Source: an uncultured Acidobacteriota bacterium (lineage in GTDB: Bacteria; Acidobacteriota; Vicinamibacteria; Fen-336). From it: a stretch of DNA of 64,000 nucleotides. The notes under the pieces are model-generated. The model did not search any database. It saw only the letters and a program-made list of their open reading frames with translations, and was not told the DNA's origin. Position numbers and translations under genes: made by a program. Below, one piece after another: positions 47,560-58,621 of the stretch; position 1 is the stretch's first letter; each line of letters starts with the position of its first letter. Where the stretch lies: assembly GCA_963720545.1 (NCBI GenBank), contig OY970399.1:3104001-3168000 (forward strand), in the 5' to 3' direction.

Positions 47560-48453
47560 CTATTCGCAGGCGAAGGCGAACGCCGCCGTGCTGCCGCTGC
47601 CGAGCTGGCGCAGCACTTCGCGGGTGATGCGCAGCTGGTAAGAGCGGATGCGGCGCAGCGCCGCATGGCTCGCGACCGGGATGCGGGCCAGGTATTCCTC
47701 ACCGCCGGGACTCGAGATCCAGTCGTTGCCCGGGAACGCCGCACCGCCGCGGAACAGCGACGGCACGCCCGACACCAGCGGTGTGTACTCCAGGCCAAAC
47801 TGCGCCGCCGCCTGCGTGTAGCCGTCGATGAACTGCTGGTCGGGCACGAACGACTGCAGCGAAAGGTACGCACGGCCGTACTGCGTGTAGCCGCTGCTGT
47901 CGGTCGAGAAGAGCTCGGGGTCGATCTGCCCGACCGCGCGGAACAGGCGCGCCGATTCGGGAATGCCCGGCTGCGCCGCGAAGTTCAGCACCACGTAGTT
48001 CGCCGGGAAGTCGAAGCGCTCCGGCCGCTCGGCATCGAGCAGGAACGCGCTGAACTGCGAGAACACGTAGCCGAGGCTGTCGGTGAGCACGCGGATGTCG
48101 GCTTCACTCGCGGCGTTCGGACCATCGTCCATCACCGTGTAGACGAACGCGGGGTTGGTCGAACCCTGGAAACCGCCGGCGCCGACCTGGAAGCGCGTGT
48201 TGACGCCGTTGACCGTGGTGATGGCACCGGTGCGCGCCAGCGAGGTCATGACACGGTCGACGACGCCGCAGGACAGCACCCGTTCGGCAAACTTCTGCCG
48301 CACCGCAAGCGACTGGTCGTGCAGCAGTGTCGTGTCGAGCACCGCCGGGTTGGCGATGGGCTCGACCGAGCCGAAAGTATCGGCGTGCAACGCCGCGGTG
48401 AACGACAGCGCGGCAGCGGCCGCTCCGGCAAGTACGAACGCATTCCTCTTCAT
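47560..48453 (-). CDS. Secreted hypothetical protein
   Basis: Signal peptide MKRNAFVLAG..ALHA and host-like codon usage. Confidence 0.7.
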   Translation of the reverse strand: MKRNAFVLAGAAAAALSFTAALHADTFGSVEPIANPAVLDTTLLHDQSLAVRQKFAERVLSCGVVDRVMTSLARTGAITTVNGVNTRFQVGAGGFQGSTNPAFVYTVMDDGPNAASEADIRVLTDSLGYVFSQFSAFLLDAERPERFDFPANYVVLNFAAQPGIPESARLFRAVGQIDPELFSTDSSGYTQYGRAYLSLQSFVPDQQFIDGYTQAAAQFGLEYTPLVSGVPSLFRGGAAFPGNDWISSPGGEEYLARIPVASHAALRRIRSYQLRITREVLRQLGSGSTAAFAFACE

Positions 48454-48556
48454 TTGAGCGGCGCTCCCATATTTTCTTCCGTGAGGTTGTTCCTGGTCCG
48501 CAATTGCTATCGTCAAGCGCGCCGCGTGTCAAGAAAATGCTGACGCGGACGCTCGG

Positions 48557-49429
48557 TTATCGCAGCTGTTGCAGCCAGGTGATGACGGCTTGTTCCAGGG
48601 CGATACGCTTATCGGACCAGGAGTGGTCGGTCGCTTCGTGGCGGGTGGTCACGTGCGCCGTTCCTTTCGCCTGAATGATCGCTTTCACCAGCGCGTCGGA
48701 GTCTGGCGCCAGGCCGTCATCCGAGGTCAGGACCAGCATCGGGACGCGGCCGAGGCCCTCGGCAGCGGGTGCAAACTTCCATTCCGCGGCATGCGCGCGC
48801 ACCTCGTCGGCCATGCTTTCGGCGGTTACGCCGGCGAGCGACTCCATGTCGTCCGCCATGAGCGCCACCAGCCGGTCGCGAGGCTGGGCCGCGGCGATTG
48901 AACCCATGTCGGCGGCGCAGATCAGGATCGCGCCCGCAAGCGCCGTGTCGCGCGCCGCGGTCAGCGCCGTAACCCAACCGCCCATGCTGTGGCCGCCCAG
49001 CACGATGCGCCGGGTGTCGATGCCGAGTCGCTCCGCGTTTTTCGGCTCACGCAGGTAGGCGAGCGCCGCAACCGCGTCCTCCAGGTTGCCGGCGAAACGG
49101 TAGGCGCCCGGGCTGCCCCAGGACCCGCGATAGTTGAAGGTGATCGCGTTCCAGCCCGCGCGTCGCACCGCCTGGGCGAGGTCGAGGTTCTTCTCGTTGC
49201 CGGGGAGGCCGTGCAGCAGCACCAGTGTCGGATGCGCACCGGCGCCCGATGCCAGATACGCGACGCCGTTGATGCTCACTTCGCCCGAGGGAATGTGCAG
49301 CACCTCCATCCGCGCCGGGTGCGCCTTGTCCGCAGGGGGATCGGCGGCAATCGCGCCCTGCGCTTGCTGCGCGGGCGCTGTGCTCGGGAGAAAGGATGCC
49401 GCGAGGAGGAGAGCGAGTGTCATGGTCAT
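48557..49429 (-). CDS. Secreted alpha/beta hydrolase
   Basis: LHGLPGNE, NYRGSWGS and the GHSMGG nucleophile elbow. Confidence 0.88.
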   Translation of the reverse strand: MTMTLALLLAASFLPSTAPAQQAQGAIAADPPADKAHPARMEVLHIPSGEVSINGVAYLASGAGAHPTLVLLHGLPGNEKNLDLAQAVRRAGWNAITFNYRGSWGSPGAYRFAGNLEDAVAALAYLREPKNAERLGIDTRRIVLGGHSMGGWVTALTAARDTALAGAILICAADMGSIAAAQPRDRLVALMADDMESLAGVTAESMADEVRAHAAEWKFAPAAEGLGRVPMLVLTSDDGLAPDSDALVKAIIQAKGTAHVTTRHEATDHSWSDKRIALEQAVITWLQQLR

Positions 49430-49480
49430 GCGCGAAGACTAGCGCGTCCCGGGAGCCAGGAGCGTCGTAGGATTGGCTCG

Positions 49481-49999
49481 ATGACGAAGAGCGAAGAACT
49501 GCCCTGTCTCGACCTGCTCGAGGCGACTCCCGCGATACTGCGCGGACTCATGACCGGCCTCTCCGATGAAGACGCGCGCTGGAAGCCCGCCGCCGACCGC
49601 TTTTCCGTCGCGGAGGTGCTCGCGCACCTCTCGCACTCGGAGTGGCATTGCTATCGCACGCGCCTCGACAAGTTCCTCGCGGAAGAGATGCCGGAGTTCG
49701 AGTTCGACGACGCGCAGCTGCATCTGGAGCTTTACCGGAACGCCGATCCCGAGGACGAGTTCGCACATTTCGAGGACCAGCGCGAGATCAACGTCGAGCT
49801 GCTGCGCGGGCTTCCGGCCGAGGACGGCCGGCGCAAGGCGAAGCACCCCGCGGTGGGCGAGATCACCCTCGCGCAGATGCTGCACGAATGGGCGTTGCAC
49901 GATCTCGGGCACGTGCGGCAGGTCGCGGAGCTGGTGCGGGCGCGCAAGTACCTGTCGGGCGCCGGTCGCCTGGGCGAGGACTACAAGCTGACGCCCTGA
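49481..49999 (+). CDS. DinB-family protein
   Basis: FSVAEVLAHL and WALHDLGHVRQ. Confidence 0.82.
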   Translation: MTKSEELPCLDLLEATPAILRGLMTGLSDEDARWKPAADRFSVAEVLAHLSHSEWHCYRTRLDKFLAEEMPEFEFDDAQLHLELYRNADPEDEFAHFEDQREINVELLRGLPAEDGRRKAKHPAVGEITLAQMLHEWALHDLGHVRQVAELVRARKYLSGAGRLGEDYKLTP

Positions 50000-50008
50000 C
50001 CCGCGCGG

Positions 50009-50317
50009 CTACGCGCGGACGAAGGCGGCGGGGCGGCGGGGGCGAAGCGCGCGGACGATGAGGTAGACGCCGCCGGCGAAGGCCAGGATCGGCAGCAGCG
50101 GGATCGCGAGCAGGGCGACGCCGCCGGCGAGCACCGCGAACACCAGGCCGACCAGGCCGACCACCAGGCCGAGGACCCCGGAGAGCACGCCGAAGGCCAG
50201 GCCGAGGACGCTGCCCACCAGGCGGAAGGGCAGCAGGATCAGCTTGAAGACCACGGTCACGGCGAGGATCGGCACGATGAAGAGCGCCAGGAACGCGAGA
50301 AATATGAGCGTCATCAT
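50009..50317 (-). CDS. Small hydrophobic membrane protein
   Basis: 102-aa ORF that is almost entirely hydrophobic. Confidence 0.65.
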   Translation of the reverse strand: MMTLIFLAFLALFIVPILAVTVVFKLILLPFRLVGSVLGLAFGVLSGVLGLVVGLVGLVFAVLAGGVALLAIPLLPILAFAGGVYLIVRALRPRRPAAFVRA

Positions 50318-50384
50318 GTGTCTTCTCTTCGGAGGCTACGGTGCCGTGAAAACAGATGTTCCGTGGAATGAGAGAATCGGCCCC

Positions 50385-52067
<1,683 letters not shown>

Positions 52068-52112
52068 TCGCCATAGCCGACTTCGGCTAGGATGCGCCAC
52101 AGGAGAACCCGC

Positions 52113-53795
52113 ATGAATTTGCGCCTTTGGTGTGCCCTCGCCGTTGCCGCCAGCCTCGGCTTCGCGACCGCGAGCGAGGGCCAGGAGCAGTACGACGTCC
52201 TCATCAAGGGCGGCACTGTCTACGACGGCACCGGCGCCCCCGGGCGCGTTGCCGACGTCGCCGTGAAGGGCGACCGCATCGCCGCGGTGGGCAGCCTCGA
52301 CAAGGCGAAGGCCGCGACCACCATCGACGCCAGGGGCATGGCCGTGGCGCCAGGGTTCATCAACATGCTGTCGTGGTCGGTCGACTCGCTGATCGTCGAC
52401 GGCAAGTCGCAGGGCGAGATCCGGCAGGGCGTCACCACCGAGATCTTCGGCGAAGGCGAGTCGATGGGTCCGTGGAACGAGGCGATGAAGCAGGACCGCC
52501 TCAAGGGCCAGGGCGACGTCAAGTACGCGATCGAGTGGACGACGCTGTCCGAGTACCTGCGTTACATGGAAAAGCGCGGCATCTCGCCCAACGTCGCGTC
52601 CTACATCGGCGCCGCCACCATCCGCGAGAACGTCATCGGCCTCGAGAACAAAGCGCCGACGCCGGCACAGCTCGACGCGATGCGCGCGCTGGTGCGCAAG
52701 GAGATGGAAGACGGCGCGCTCGGCATCGGCTCGTCGCTCATCTACGCGCCCGCGCTGTACGCGACCACCGAAGAGCTGATCGAGCTTTGCAAGGTCGCGG
52801 CGAAATACCAGGGCAAGTACATCTCGCACATGCGCAGCGAAGGCGACCGCCTGGTGGAGGCGGTGGACGAGCTGATCCGCATCAGCAGGGAAGCGGGGCT
52901 GCCGGCCGAGATCTACCACCTGAAGGCGGCGGGCGAATCGAACTGGCCGAAGATGGACACCGTGATCGCCCGCGTCGAGGCGGCGCGCAAGCAGGGCCTG
53001 AAGATCACCGCGGACATGTACACGTACACCGCCGGCGCCACCGGCTTCGACGCGTGCATGCCGCCGTGGGCGCGCGACGGCGGCTACGAGGCGCTGTTCA
53101 AGCGCTTCGACGAGCCGGAAACGCGCGCGCGCATCATCGCCGACATGAAGACCAAGGGCTCCTGGGAAAACCTGTGCCTTTCGGCCGGCAGCACCGACCG
53201 CATCCTGCTGGTCGAGTTCAAGAACGACGCGCTGAAGAAGTACCAGGGCAAGACGCTCACCGAAGTGGCGAAGGACCTGGGCAAGACCGCGGAAGACGCG
53301 ATCCTCGACCTGATGAAGCAGGACCAGACGCGCGTCGGCGTGGTGTTCTTCCTGATGTCGGAAGAAAACGTCAAGAAGCAGATCGCGCTGCCGTGGGTGT
53401 CGTTCGGCTCGGACGCCGCGTCGCTTGCGATCGCCGAACCGTTCACCCGCTCGTCCACGCATCCACGCTCCTACGGCAACTTCTCGCGGCTGCTCGGCAA
53501 GTACGTGCGCGACGAGAAGGTGATTTCGCTGGCCGAGGCGCTGCACCGCCTCAGCGGCCTGCCGGCGACGAACCTCGGGCTCGCCGACCGCGGCGCGCTT
53601 CGCGCCGGCGCCTTCGCCGACGTTGTGGTGTTCGACCCGGCGAAGATCGCCGACCGAGCCACCTTCGACCAGCCGCACCAATACTCGGTGGGCATGAAGG
53701 ACGTGCTTGTGAACGGCGTTCCGGTGCTGAAGGATGGCGAGCACACGGGCGCAAAGCCCGGCCGGGCCCTCTGGGGACCGGGCAAGACCCGCTAA
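52113..53795 (+). CDS. Secreted N-acyl-D-amino-acid deacylase (D-aminoacylase) family protein
   Basis: IKGGTVYDGTG, YISHMRSEG, THPRSYGNF and ADVVVFDP; AGGAG RBS. Confidence 0.88.
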   Translation: MNLRLWCALAVAASLGFATASEGQEQYDVLIKGGTVYDGTGAPGRVADVAVKGDRIAAVGSLDKAKAATTIDARGMAVAPGFINMLSWSVDSLIVDGKSQGEIRQGVTTEIFGEGESMGPWNEAMKQDRLKGQGDVKYAIEWTTLSEYLRYMEKRGISPNVASYIGAATIRENVIGLENKAPTPAQLDAMRALVRKEMEDGALGIGSSLIYAPALYATTEELIELCKVAAKYQGKYISHMRSEGDRLVEAVDELIRISREAGLPAEIYHLKAAGESNWPKMDTVIARVEAARKQGLKITADMYTYTAGATGFDACMPPWARDGGYEALFKRFDEPETRARIIADMKTKGSWENLCLSAGSTDRILLVEFKNDALKKYQGKTLTEVAKDLGKTAEDAILDLMKQDQTRVGVVFFLMSEENVKKQIALPWVSFGSDAASLAIAEPFTRSSTHPRSYGNFSRLLGKYVRDEKVISLAEALHRLSGLPATNLGLADRGALRAGAFADVVVFDPAKIADRATFDQPHQYSVGMKDVLVNGVPVLKDGEHTGAKPGRALWGPGKTR

Positions 53796-53814
53796 GGAAC
53801 GACACCGAGCACTC

Positions 53815-54744
53815 GTGGCCAACACCATCGCGATCACCGGGGCAAGCGGGTTCGTCGGGCGACACGTGGTTGCCGCCGCTGCGGCCGCCGGGCTCGACGT
53901 GGTGGGCCTCTATCGCCAGCCGCGCGGCGAAGCCATCATCCGGGACGCCGGCGGCCGGCCGATACAAGTGCACGGCCTGCACGAAGACACACTGGTGCGC
54001 GCCTTCAAGGGCGCGTCCGCCGTCATCCACCTCGCGCAGGTGGGTTCGGAGCGGCCTGAGGCAACCTACGACGGCATCAACGTCAACGGCACGCGCAGCG
54101 TCGTAGACGCGGCGCATCGCGCCGGCGTTCCGGTCTGCTCCTACCTCAGCGGTCTCGGCGTGGCCCACTACGGCATGACCCGCCACTGCACCAACCGCTA
54201 CTTCCTCTCCAAGCTGCAATCGGAGATGCAGCTCTTCAAGTCCGACCTGCGGGTCGCCGTCTTCCGGCCGTCCTACATCATCGGCCCCGGCGGCGAGCTG
54301 GTCTCGCGGCTGCTCCAGCAGATGAGCGCGGGCGAGGTGGAGATGGCGGGCGACGGCGCCACCCGGCTGCAGCCAGTCTCGGTTTTCGACGCCGCCGATG
54401 CGCTGGTCGCCACGGTCACGCGCGAAAATCCGCCTCGCCACACCGTCTACGACCTGGTGGGTCCGCAGCCGGTGTCGTATCTCGAGTTCATCGATCACGT
54501 CGCTTACCTCGCCGCGGGGGCCGGCCGGCCGGCCACGTTCGAGCTGAAGTCGATAACGGTGGAAGCGGCTGAGCAGCAGGCGGCGGAAGGCGGCTATCAA
54601 GGCATGGGGCCGGACAGCCTCGACTGCCTGTTGTGCGACCAGGTCGCCGACTGGCAGCCGCTGGCGCGCCTGCTCGACCGGCCACTGCGCAGCCTGGACG
54701 AAACCGTCGAGAGCGCCATGGCCGTCGTGCCGATGCCGACGTAG
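53815..54744 (+). CDS. NAD-dependent epimerase/dehydratase (SDR)
   Basis: ITGASGFVG, YFLSK and FRPSYIIG. Confidence 0.82.
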   Translation: MANTIAITGASGFVGRHVVAAAAAAGLDVVGLYRQPRGEAIIRDAGGRPIQVHGLHEDTLVRAFKGASAVIHLAQVGSERPEATYDGINVNGTRSVVDAAHRAGVPVCSYLSGLGVAHYGMTRHCTNRYFLSKLQSEMQLFKSDLRVAVFRPSYIIGPGGELVSRLLQQMSAGEVEMAGDGATRLQPVSVFDAADALVATVTRENPPRHTVYDLVGPQPVSYLEFIDHVAYLAAGAGRPATFELKSITVEAAEQQAAEGGYQGMGPDSLDCLLCDQVADWQPLARLLDRPLRSLDETVESAMAVVPMPT

Positions 54745-54762
54745 TAGCCTCGGCCACCCGCA

Positions 54763-55107
54763 ATGAAGCTCGGCATCACCGATAACGTGGACTGCGCGCA
54801 CTTCCTCCCCGGCCACCCCAAGTGCGGGCGGCTGCATGGCCATACGTACAAAGTGGAGGTGGTGATCGAGGCCCCGGCGCCCGCCGGCGGCATGATCGTC
54901 GACTTCGCCGAGCTGAAGGCGAAGACGCGGCAGGTGCTGGAGCAGTACGACCACCGCAACTGGAACGACACGCTCGAGTATCCGTCGGTCGAGAACATCT
55001 GTTCGCTGTTGTGCGCAGGCCTGCGCGCAAAGATCGATTTCCCCTTCGTCTTGCGCGTCTACGAAGGCGCCCTGAAGTGGGCCGAGATGGATAGCCGGGA
55101 AGCCTAA
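54763..55107 (+). CDS. queD: 6-carboxytetrahydropterin synthase (QueD/PTPS family)
   Basis: AHFLPGHPKCGRLHGHTY, DHRNWND and PSVENI. Confidence 0.85.
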   Translation: MKLGITDNVDCAHFLPGHPKCGRLHGHTYKVEVVIEAPAPAGGMIVDFAELKAKTRQVLEQYDHRNWNDTLEYPSVENICSLLCAGLRAKIDFPFVLRVYEGALKWAEMDSREA

Positions 55108-55353
55108 TCGACGAATTGGCCGTCTCGTCCCCGCCCAATTCGTCGATTTCCGTTGCCCGCTATCGACGGATTGGCTGGCCGTCCCGATCCAATCCGTCGA
55201 TTTCCTTTGTTCCGTTTCCCTGGCGCTTGCGACAACGTTCGTTGGCTGTCCCCCGAGCGCTTGCGACAACGTTCGTTCCTGCTTCGTTCAGGCGCTTGCG
55301 TCAGCGGTTTTTTGCGCTGCTTCTATTTCTGATTAACTGTGTCCGGACACAGT
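55107..55353 (+). repeat. REP-like modular repeat, copy 2 (left arm), ending in palindrome ACTGTGTCCGGACACAGT
   Basis: Hairpins at 55107-55147 and 55162-55201, GCGCTTGCGACAACGTTCGTT twice, and the palindrome at 55336-55353. Confidence 0.9.
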
Positions 55354-55357
55354 AACA

Positions 55358-55894
55358 ATGCATTCACGGAGCAAGCGCGCAGCGGCCGGGGCCATCTTCG
55401 TCGTGGTTGGCGGCCTGTTTCTCCTTTGGCGGGCATGCTGCGCCGGTGTTGCGTGTCGAACGGCGCTTGTGGTCCCCGACCTGCCGCCATATCGGGAAGA
55501 ACTCTCAGCAGCACGATCTGGCAGGCGCATCCACGATGCGAGCGTGCCGCACGCCGTCCCCGCCTATGGGGGCGAGGGCGACGACGTTGAATTCTCGCCC
55601 GACGGAATGTTCGCAGCGGTTTCATTGAGGGCGAGGCTGTACGCCGCCGGGCGCGAGTCGACCCACACGGTCAACGTGTGGGATCGACGCAAAGGCACAC
55701 GCACCGACGTCGTTGCTATTGGCGAAGCTGATCCGGGTTCCGGAGCCTCGCACGACTACAAGTGGTCGCGAGATTCTCGCGCGCTCTTGATCTACGGAAC
55801 AGGAGTGCTGTGGCCGGAATCGGATTGGCGGGAGCTGTGCCTCATTTACTTGCCGGAGACGAGTCAACTGGACCGAATCGAGCCGTGCCGCTGA
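55358..55894 (+). CDS. Orphan hypothetical protein (N-terminal TM, TolB/WD40-like FSPDG and WSRDS segments); putative cassette cargo
   Basis: 178-aa ORF that fills the space between two identical palindromes and visibly has more A/T-ending codons than its neighbours. Confidence 0.6.
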   Translation: MHSRSKRAAAGAIFVVVGGLFLLWRACCAGVACRTALVVPDLPPYREELSAARSGRRIHDASVPHAVPAYGGEGDDVEFSPDGMFAAVSLRARLYAAGRESTHTVNVWDRRKGTRTDVVAIGEADPGSGASHDYKWSRDSRALLIYGTGVLWPESDWRELCLIYLPETSQLDRIEPCR

Positions 55895-55904
55895 GGGTCG
55901 ATTC

Positions 55905-56185
55905 ACTGTGTCCGGACACAGTAGCAACGACCGTTGTCAACAACGAACGTTGTCGCAAGCGCCTGGGAAACGGACAAAAGGAAATCGACGGATTGGGCGG
56001 GGACAGCCAGCCAATTCGTCGATAGCGTAACGACCGTTGTCGCAAGCGCCTGGGAAACGGCCAAAAGGAAATCGACGAATTGGGCGGGGACGAGACAGCC
56101 AATTCGTCGATAGCTGGCAAGCGCCTGGGAAACGGACAAAAGGAAATCGACGGATTGGACGGGGACAGCCAGCCAATCCGTCGAT
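55905..56185 (-). repeat. REP-like modular repeat, copy 3 (right arm, inverted)
   Basis: Palindrome at 55905-55922; hairpins at 55984-56023, 56071-56111 and 56146-56185, each with the linker GCAAGCGCCTGGGAAACGG(A/C)CAAAAGGAA. Confidence 0.9.
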
Positions 56186-56187
56186 GA

Positions 56188-57021
56188 TTACGGTTCAGCC
56201 GCTTCCTTGGCGATGAGTTGCGCAAGCGCGGCCATCAGGCGGCGGGTGAGCGGGCCGGGGGCGCCGGTGCCGAGCGTGACGGCGTCGATGGCGACGACCG
56301 GCAGGATTTCGCGCGACACGCTGGTGATGAAGGCTTCGCTCAAGTGCTTCAGGTCGGCGAGGGACACCGGGTGTTCATCGATCGGCAGCACCGTCGCGGC
56401 GACTTCGAGGACGAGGCTGCGGGTGACTCCCTTGAGGACGCGGTCGCCTTCGGTGCGCAGCGTGCCATCGAGGATCGCGAAGAAGTTGCTGCTCAGGCCT
56501 TCCAGGATCTGGCCGTCGCGGTCCGCCATCAAGCCTTCGTGGATGTCCTTGCCCAGCGACTCTCGTGCCGCGTGTGCCGCCGACAGGAAGCGCGTGTCCT
56601 TCGCGTGCGGGTCGTCGCGGTGCAGTTGCACCGTGGCGCAGCGGACTCCCTGCTCATAGAGGGCGGCGTCGAGAGGGGTAAACGGTTCGATGCCGATGAA
56701 GAAACGCTTCGGCGACGGAGAGAAGGTGAGGCGCAGGCGCGACTCGCCGTCGCGGCCGGCCAGCAGATCGGCCAGCGCTCGACGCACGGCCGAGTGGTCG
56801 AGGGTCGCGGGCTGTCCCAGGACCCAGACCGACTCCTCCAGACGGCGCAGGTGCTGGTCGAGGCGCAGGATTCGCGATCCGTCGTAGGTGCGGAAGGTCG
56901 TGTAGGCGCCGGGGGGAAGGAGTTTCGCCGCGGCGTCGACCGAGCACGTTCCGAGGTTGGCCTCGAGCAGTCCAGTCGCGGTCAGCTCGAATGTGCCGCT
57001 TTGTGAATTTCCCTTATACAT
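56188..57021 (-). CDS. Class IV PLP aminotransferase (branched-chain/D-Ala/ADC-lyase family)
   Basis: AYTTFRTY..LDQHLRRL, ILEGLSSNFF, LKGVTR and EAFITSVSR. Confidence 0.85.
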   Translation of the reverse strand: MYKGNSQSGTFELTATGLLEANLGTCSVDAAAKLLPPGAYTTFRTYDGSRILRLDQHLRRLEESVWVLGQPATLDHSAVRRALADLLAGRDGESRLRLTFSPSPKRFFIGIEPFTPLDAALYEQGVRCATVQLHRDDPHAKDTRFLSAAHAARESLGKDIHEGLMADRDGQILEGLSSNFFAILDGTLRTEGDRVLKGVTRSLVLEVAATVLPIDEHPVSLADLKHLSEAFITSVSREILPVVAIDAVTLGTGAPGPLTRRLMAALAQLIAKEAAEP

Positions 57022-57054
57022 AAACCCAATAGTAACAACATGTTAGTCGCCATT

Positions 57055-57085
57055 ATTGACAGGAAGGCACTCAAGTTCCTACTCT
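57055..57085 (+). promoter_or_regulatory. dnaJ promoter TTGACA-18-TACTCT overlapped by a HAIR-like HspR operator ATTGACA-N7-ACTCAAG
   Basis: The HAIR consensus is CTTGAGT-N7-ACTCAAG. The right arm at 57069-57075 is perfect and the spacer is exactly 7 nt. hspR lies in the same operon. Confidence 0.72.
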
Positions 57086-57098
57086 AGTCGGGTACCCC

Positions 57099-58157
57099 AT
57101 GGCCCACGACGTCGATTATTACGAGCTGCTGAGCGTGCGTCGCTCTGCCAGCGGCACCGAAATCAAGCGGGCTTTCCGCAAGCGCGCACGCCTCTATCAT
57201 CCCGATCTCAACCCCGGCGATCCAGTGGCGGCACAGCGCTTCCAGGCGATCGCGATGGCGTTCGAGATCCTCTCCGATCCCGACCGGCGGCAGCGCTACG
57301 ACCGCGGCGAGAAGACGGTGACGCCGTCGGTGCACAGCCCCAACGTCGAGTTTCACGGCTTCGACTTCGTCGCCGGCGGGCAGGCGCCGGCCGGCAGCAT
57401 CCGCGACCTGTTCAGCGACCATGCCGCGCGCAAGCCGATCAACCGCGGCGACGACATCACGCAGACCGCGCACCTGACGTTCGACGAGGCGTTCCGGGGC
57501 ACGAGCCGCACCCTCGACGTGGTGCGCATGGACCACTGCCCGGCGTGCGAAGGTGCCGGCGAGATCGCGAGCGAGCCGCGGCCCTGTGCCACCTGCAAGG
57601 GGCGCGGGGCACTGCAGGTGAAGCGCGGCCGGCTGGTGTTTTCGCGGCGCTGCGGCTCCTGCGGCGGCACCGGCATGCGCTCGCTCACCACCTGCGGCAG
57701 CTGCGGCGGCGACGGCCGCGTGGTGCGCAGCGAACAGATCGCCCTGCAGGTGCCGCCCGGCACGCGCGGCGGCAGCCGGCTGCGTCTCACCGGCATGGGC
57801 CACGCCGGACTCGGCGGCGCGCCGCCGGGCGACTTCGTGCTGGCGATCGACGTCGCGCCCGATCCGGTGTTTCGCACCGAAGGCGACGACCTGGTAGCCG
57901 CGGTGTCGGTGTCCGCCATCGACGCGGCGCTTGGCGCACGCGTGGACGCGCCCACCCCCGACGGCCCGCTGACGATCGAGATTCCCGCCGGTACGCAGAA
58001 CGCGCAGCGCTTCCGCCTGCGCAAGCGCGGCCTGCCGCGGCCCGGCGACGACGCCCGCGACGACCTGTTCGTCGAGGTGCGGGTGCAGGTGCCGCGGGTC
58101 GTGGACGACCGCTGCCGTGCGCTGCTCGAAGAATTCCGCCGGTTGAACGAGGAGTAG
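57099..58157 (+). CDS. dnaJ: DnaJ-family chaperone
   Basis: J-domain with HPD, four CxxCxGxG repeats and a DnaJ C-terminal domain. Confidence 0.85.
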   Translation: MAHDVDYYELLSVRRSASGTEIKRAFRKRARLYHPDLNPGDPVAAQRFQAIAMAFEILSDPDRRQRYDRGEKTVTPSVHSPNVEFHGFDFVAGGQAPAGSIRDLFSDHAARKPINRGDDITQTAHLTFDEAFRGTSRTLDVVRMDHCPACEGAGEIASEPRPCATCKGRGALQVKRGRLVFSRRCGSCGGTGMRSLTTCGSCGGDGRVVRSEQIALQVPPGTRGGSRLRLTGMGHAGLGGAPPGDFVLAIDVAPDPVFRTEGDDLVAAVSVSAIDAALGARVDAPTPDGPLTIEIPAGTQNAQRFRLRKRGLPRPGDDARDDLFVEVRVQVPRVVDDRCRALLEEFRRLNEE

Positions 58158-58162
58158 CTTCG

Positions 58163-58609
58163 ATGGCAAGGCGACGGCGATCGGCACGGCCGGGCGAGGA
58201 GGCGCCGAACGCGCCGCAGACTGGCGGCAAGTACTTCATGATCAGCGTGGTCTCCAGCCGCTATGACATCCATCCGCAGACGCTGCGCCTCTACGAGCGC
58301 GAGGGCCTGCTGCGCCCGTCGCGCACCGAAGGCAACACCCGGCTCTATTCCGAGGACGACCTCAAGCAGCTGGAGCTGATCCTCAACCTGACGCGCGAAC
58401 TGGGCGTCAACATCGCGGGCGTCGAGATCGTCCTCAACATGCGCCGCAAGATGGAAGAGATGCAGCGCGAGATGAACGAGTTCGTGCAGGTGGTCGAAGG
58501 CGAACTGCGGCGTCCCGACCAGGACGGCTGGCGCGAGCGCTTCGAACAGGCGCTCGTCAAGCTGCCGCCGGGGCCCATCGTGCGCACGCCCGGCCGCACA
58601 GACGAATAG
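58163..58609 (+). CDS. hspR: HspR-like MerR-family heat-shock repressor
   Basis: ISVVS..IHPQTLRLYEREGLLRPSRTEGNTRLYS..LGVNIAGV; directly follows dnaJ. Confidence 0.85.
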   Translation: MARRRRSARPGEEAPNAPQTGGKYFMISVVSSRYDIHPQTLRLYEREGLLRPSRTEGNTRLYSEDDLKQLELILNLTRELGVNIAGVEIVLNMRRKMEEMQREMNEFVQVVEGELRRPDQDGWRERFEQALVKLPPGPIVRTPGRTDE

Positions 58610-58621
58610 AATCGTTTCATC

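Noticed and set aside
55905..56185. Possible CRISPR array
   Set aside because: The intervening sequences are conserved rather than unique spacers, the units are ~75-87 bp, and no cas genes are present.
55116..56225. Short ORFs over the repeat arrays (e.g. 55116-55355, 55842-56225, and also 17721-18017)
   Set aside because: They are translations of the repeat (PPNSSISF, CPDTV, CVRTQ) in several frames, with no sign of coding.
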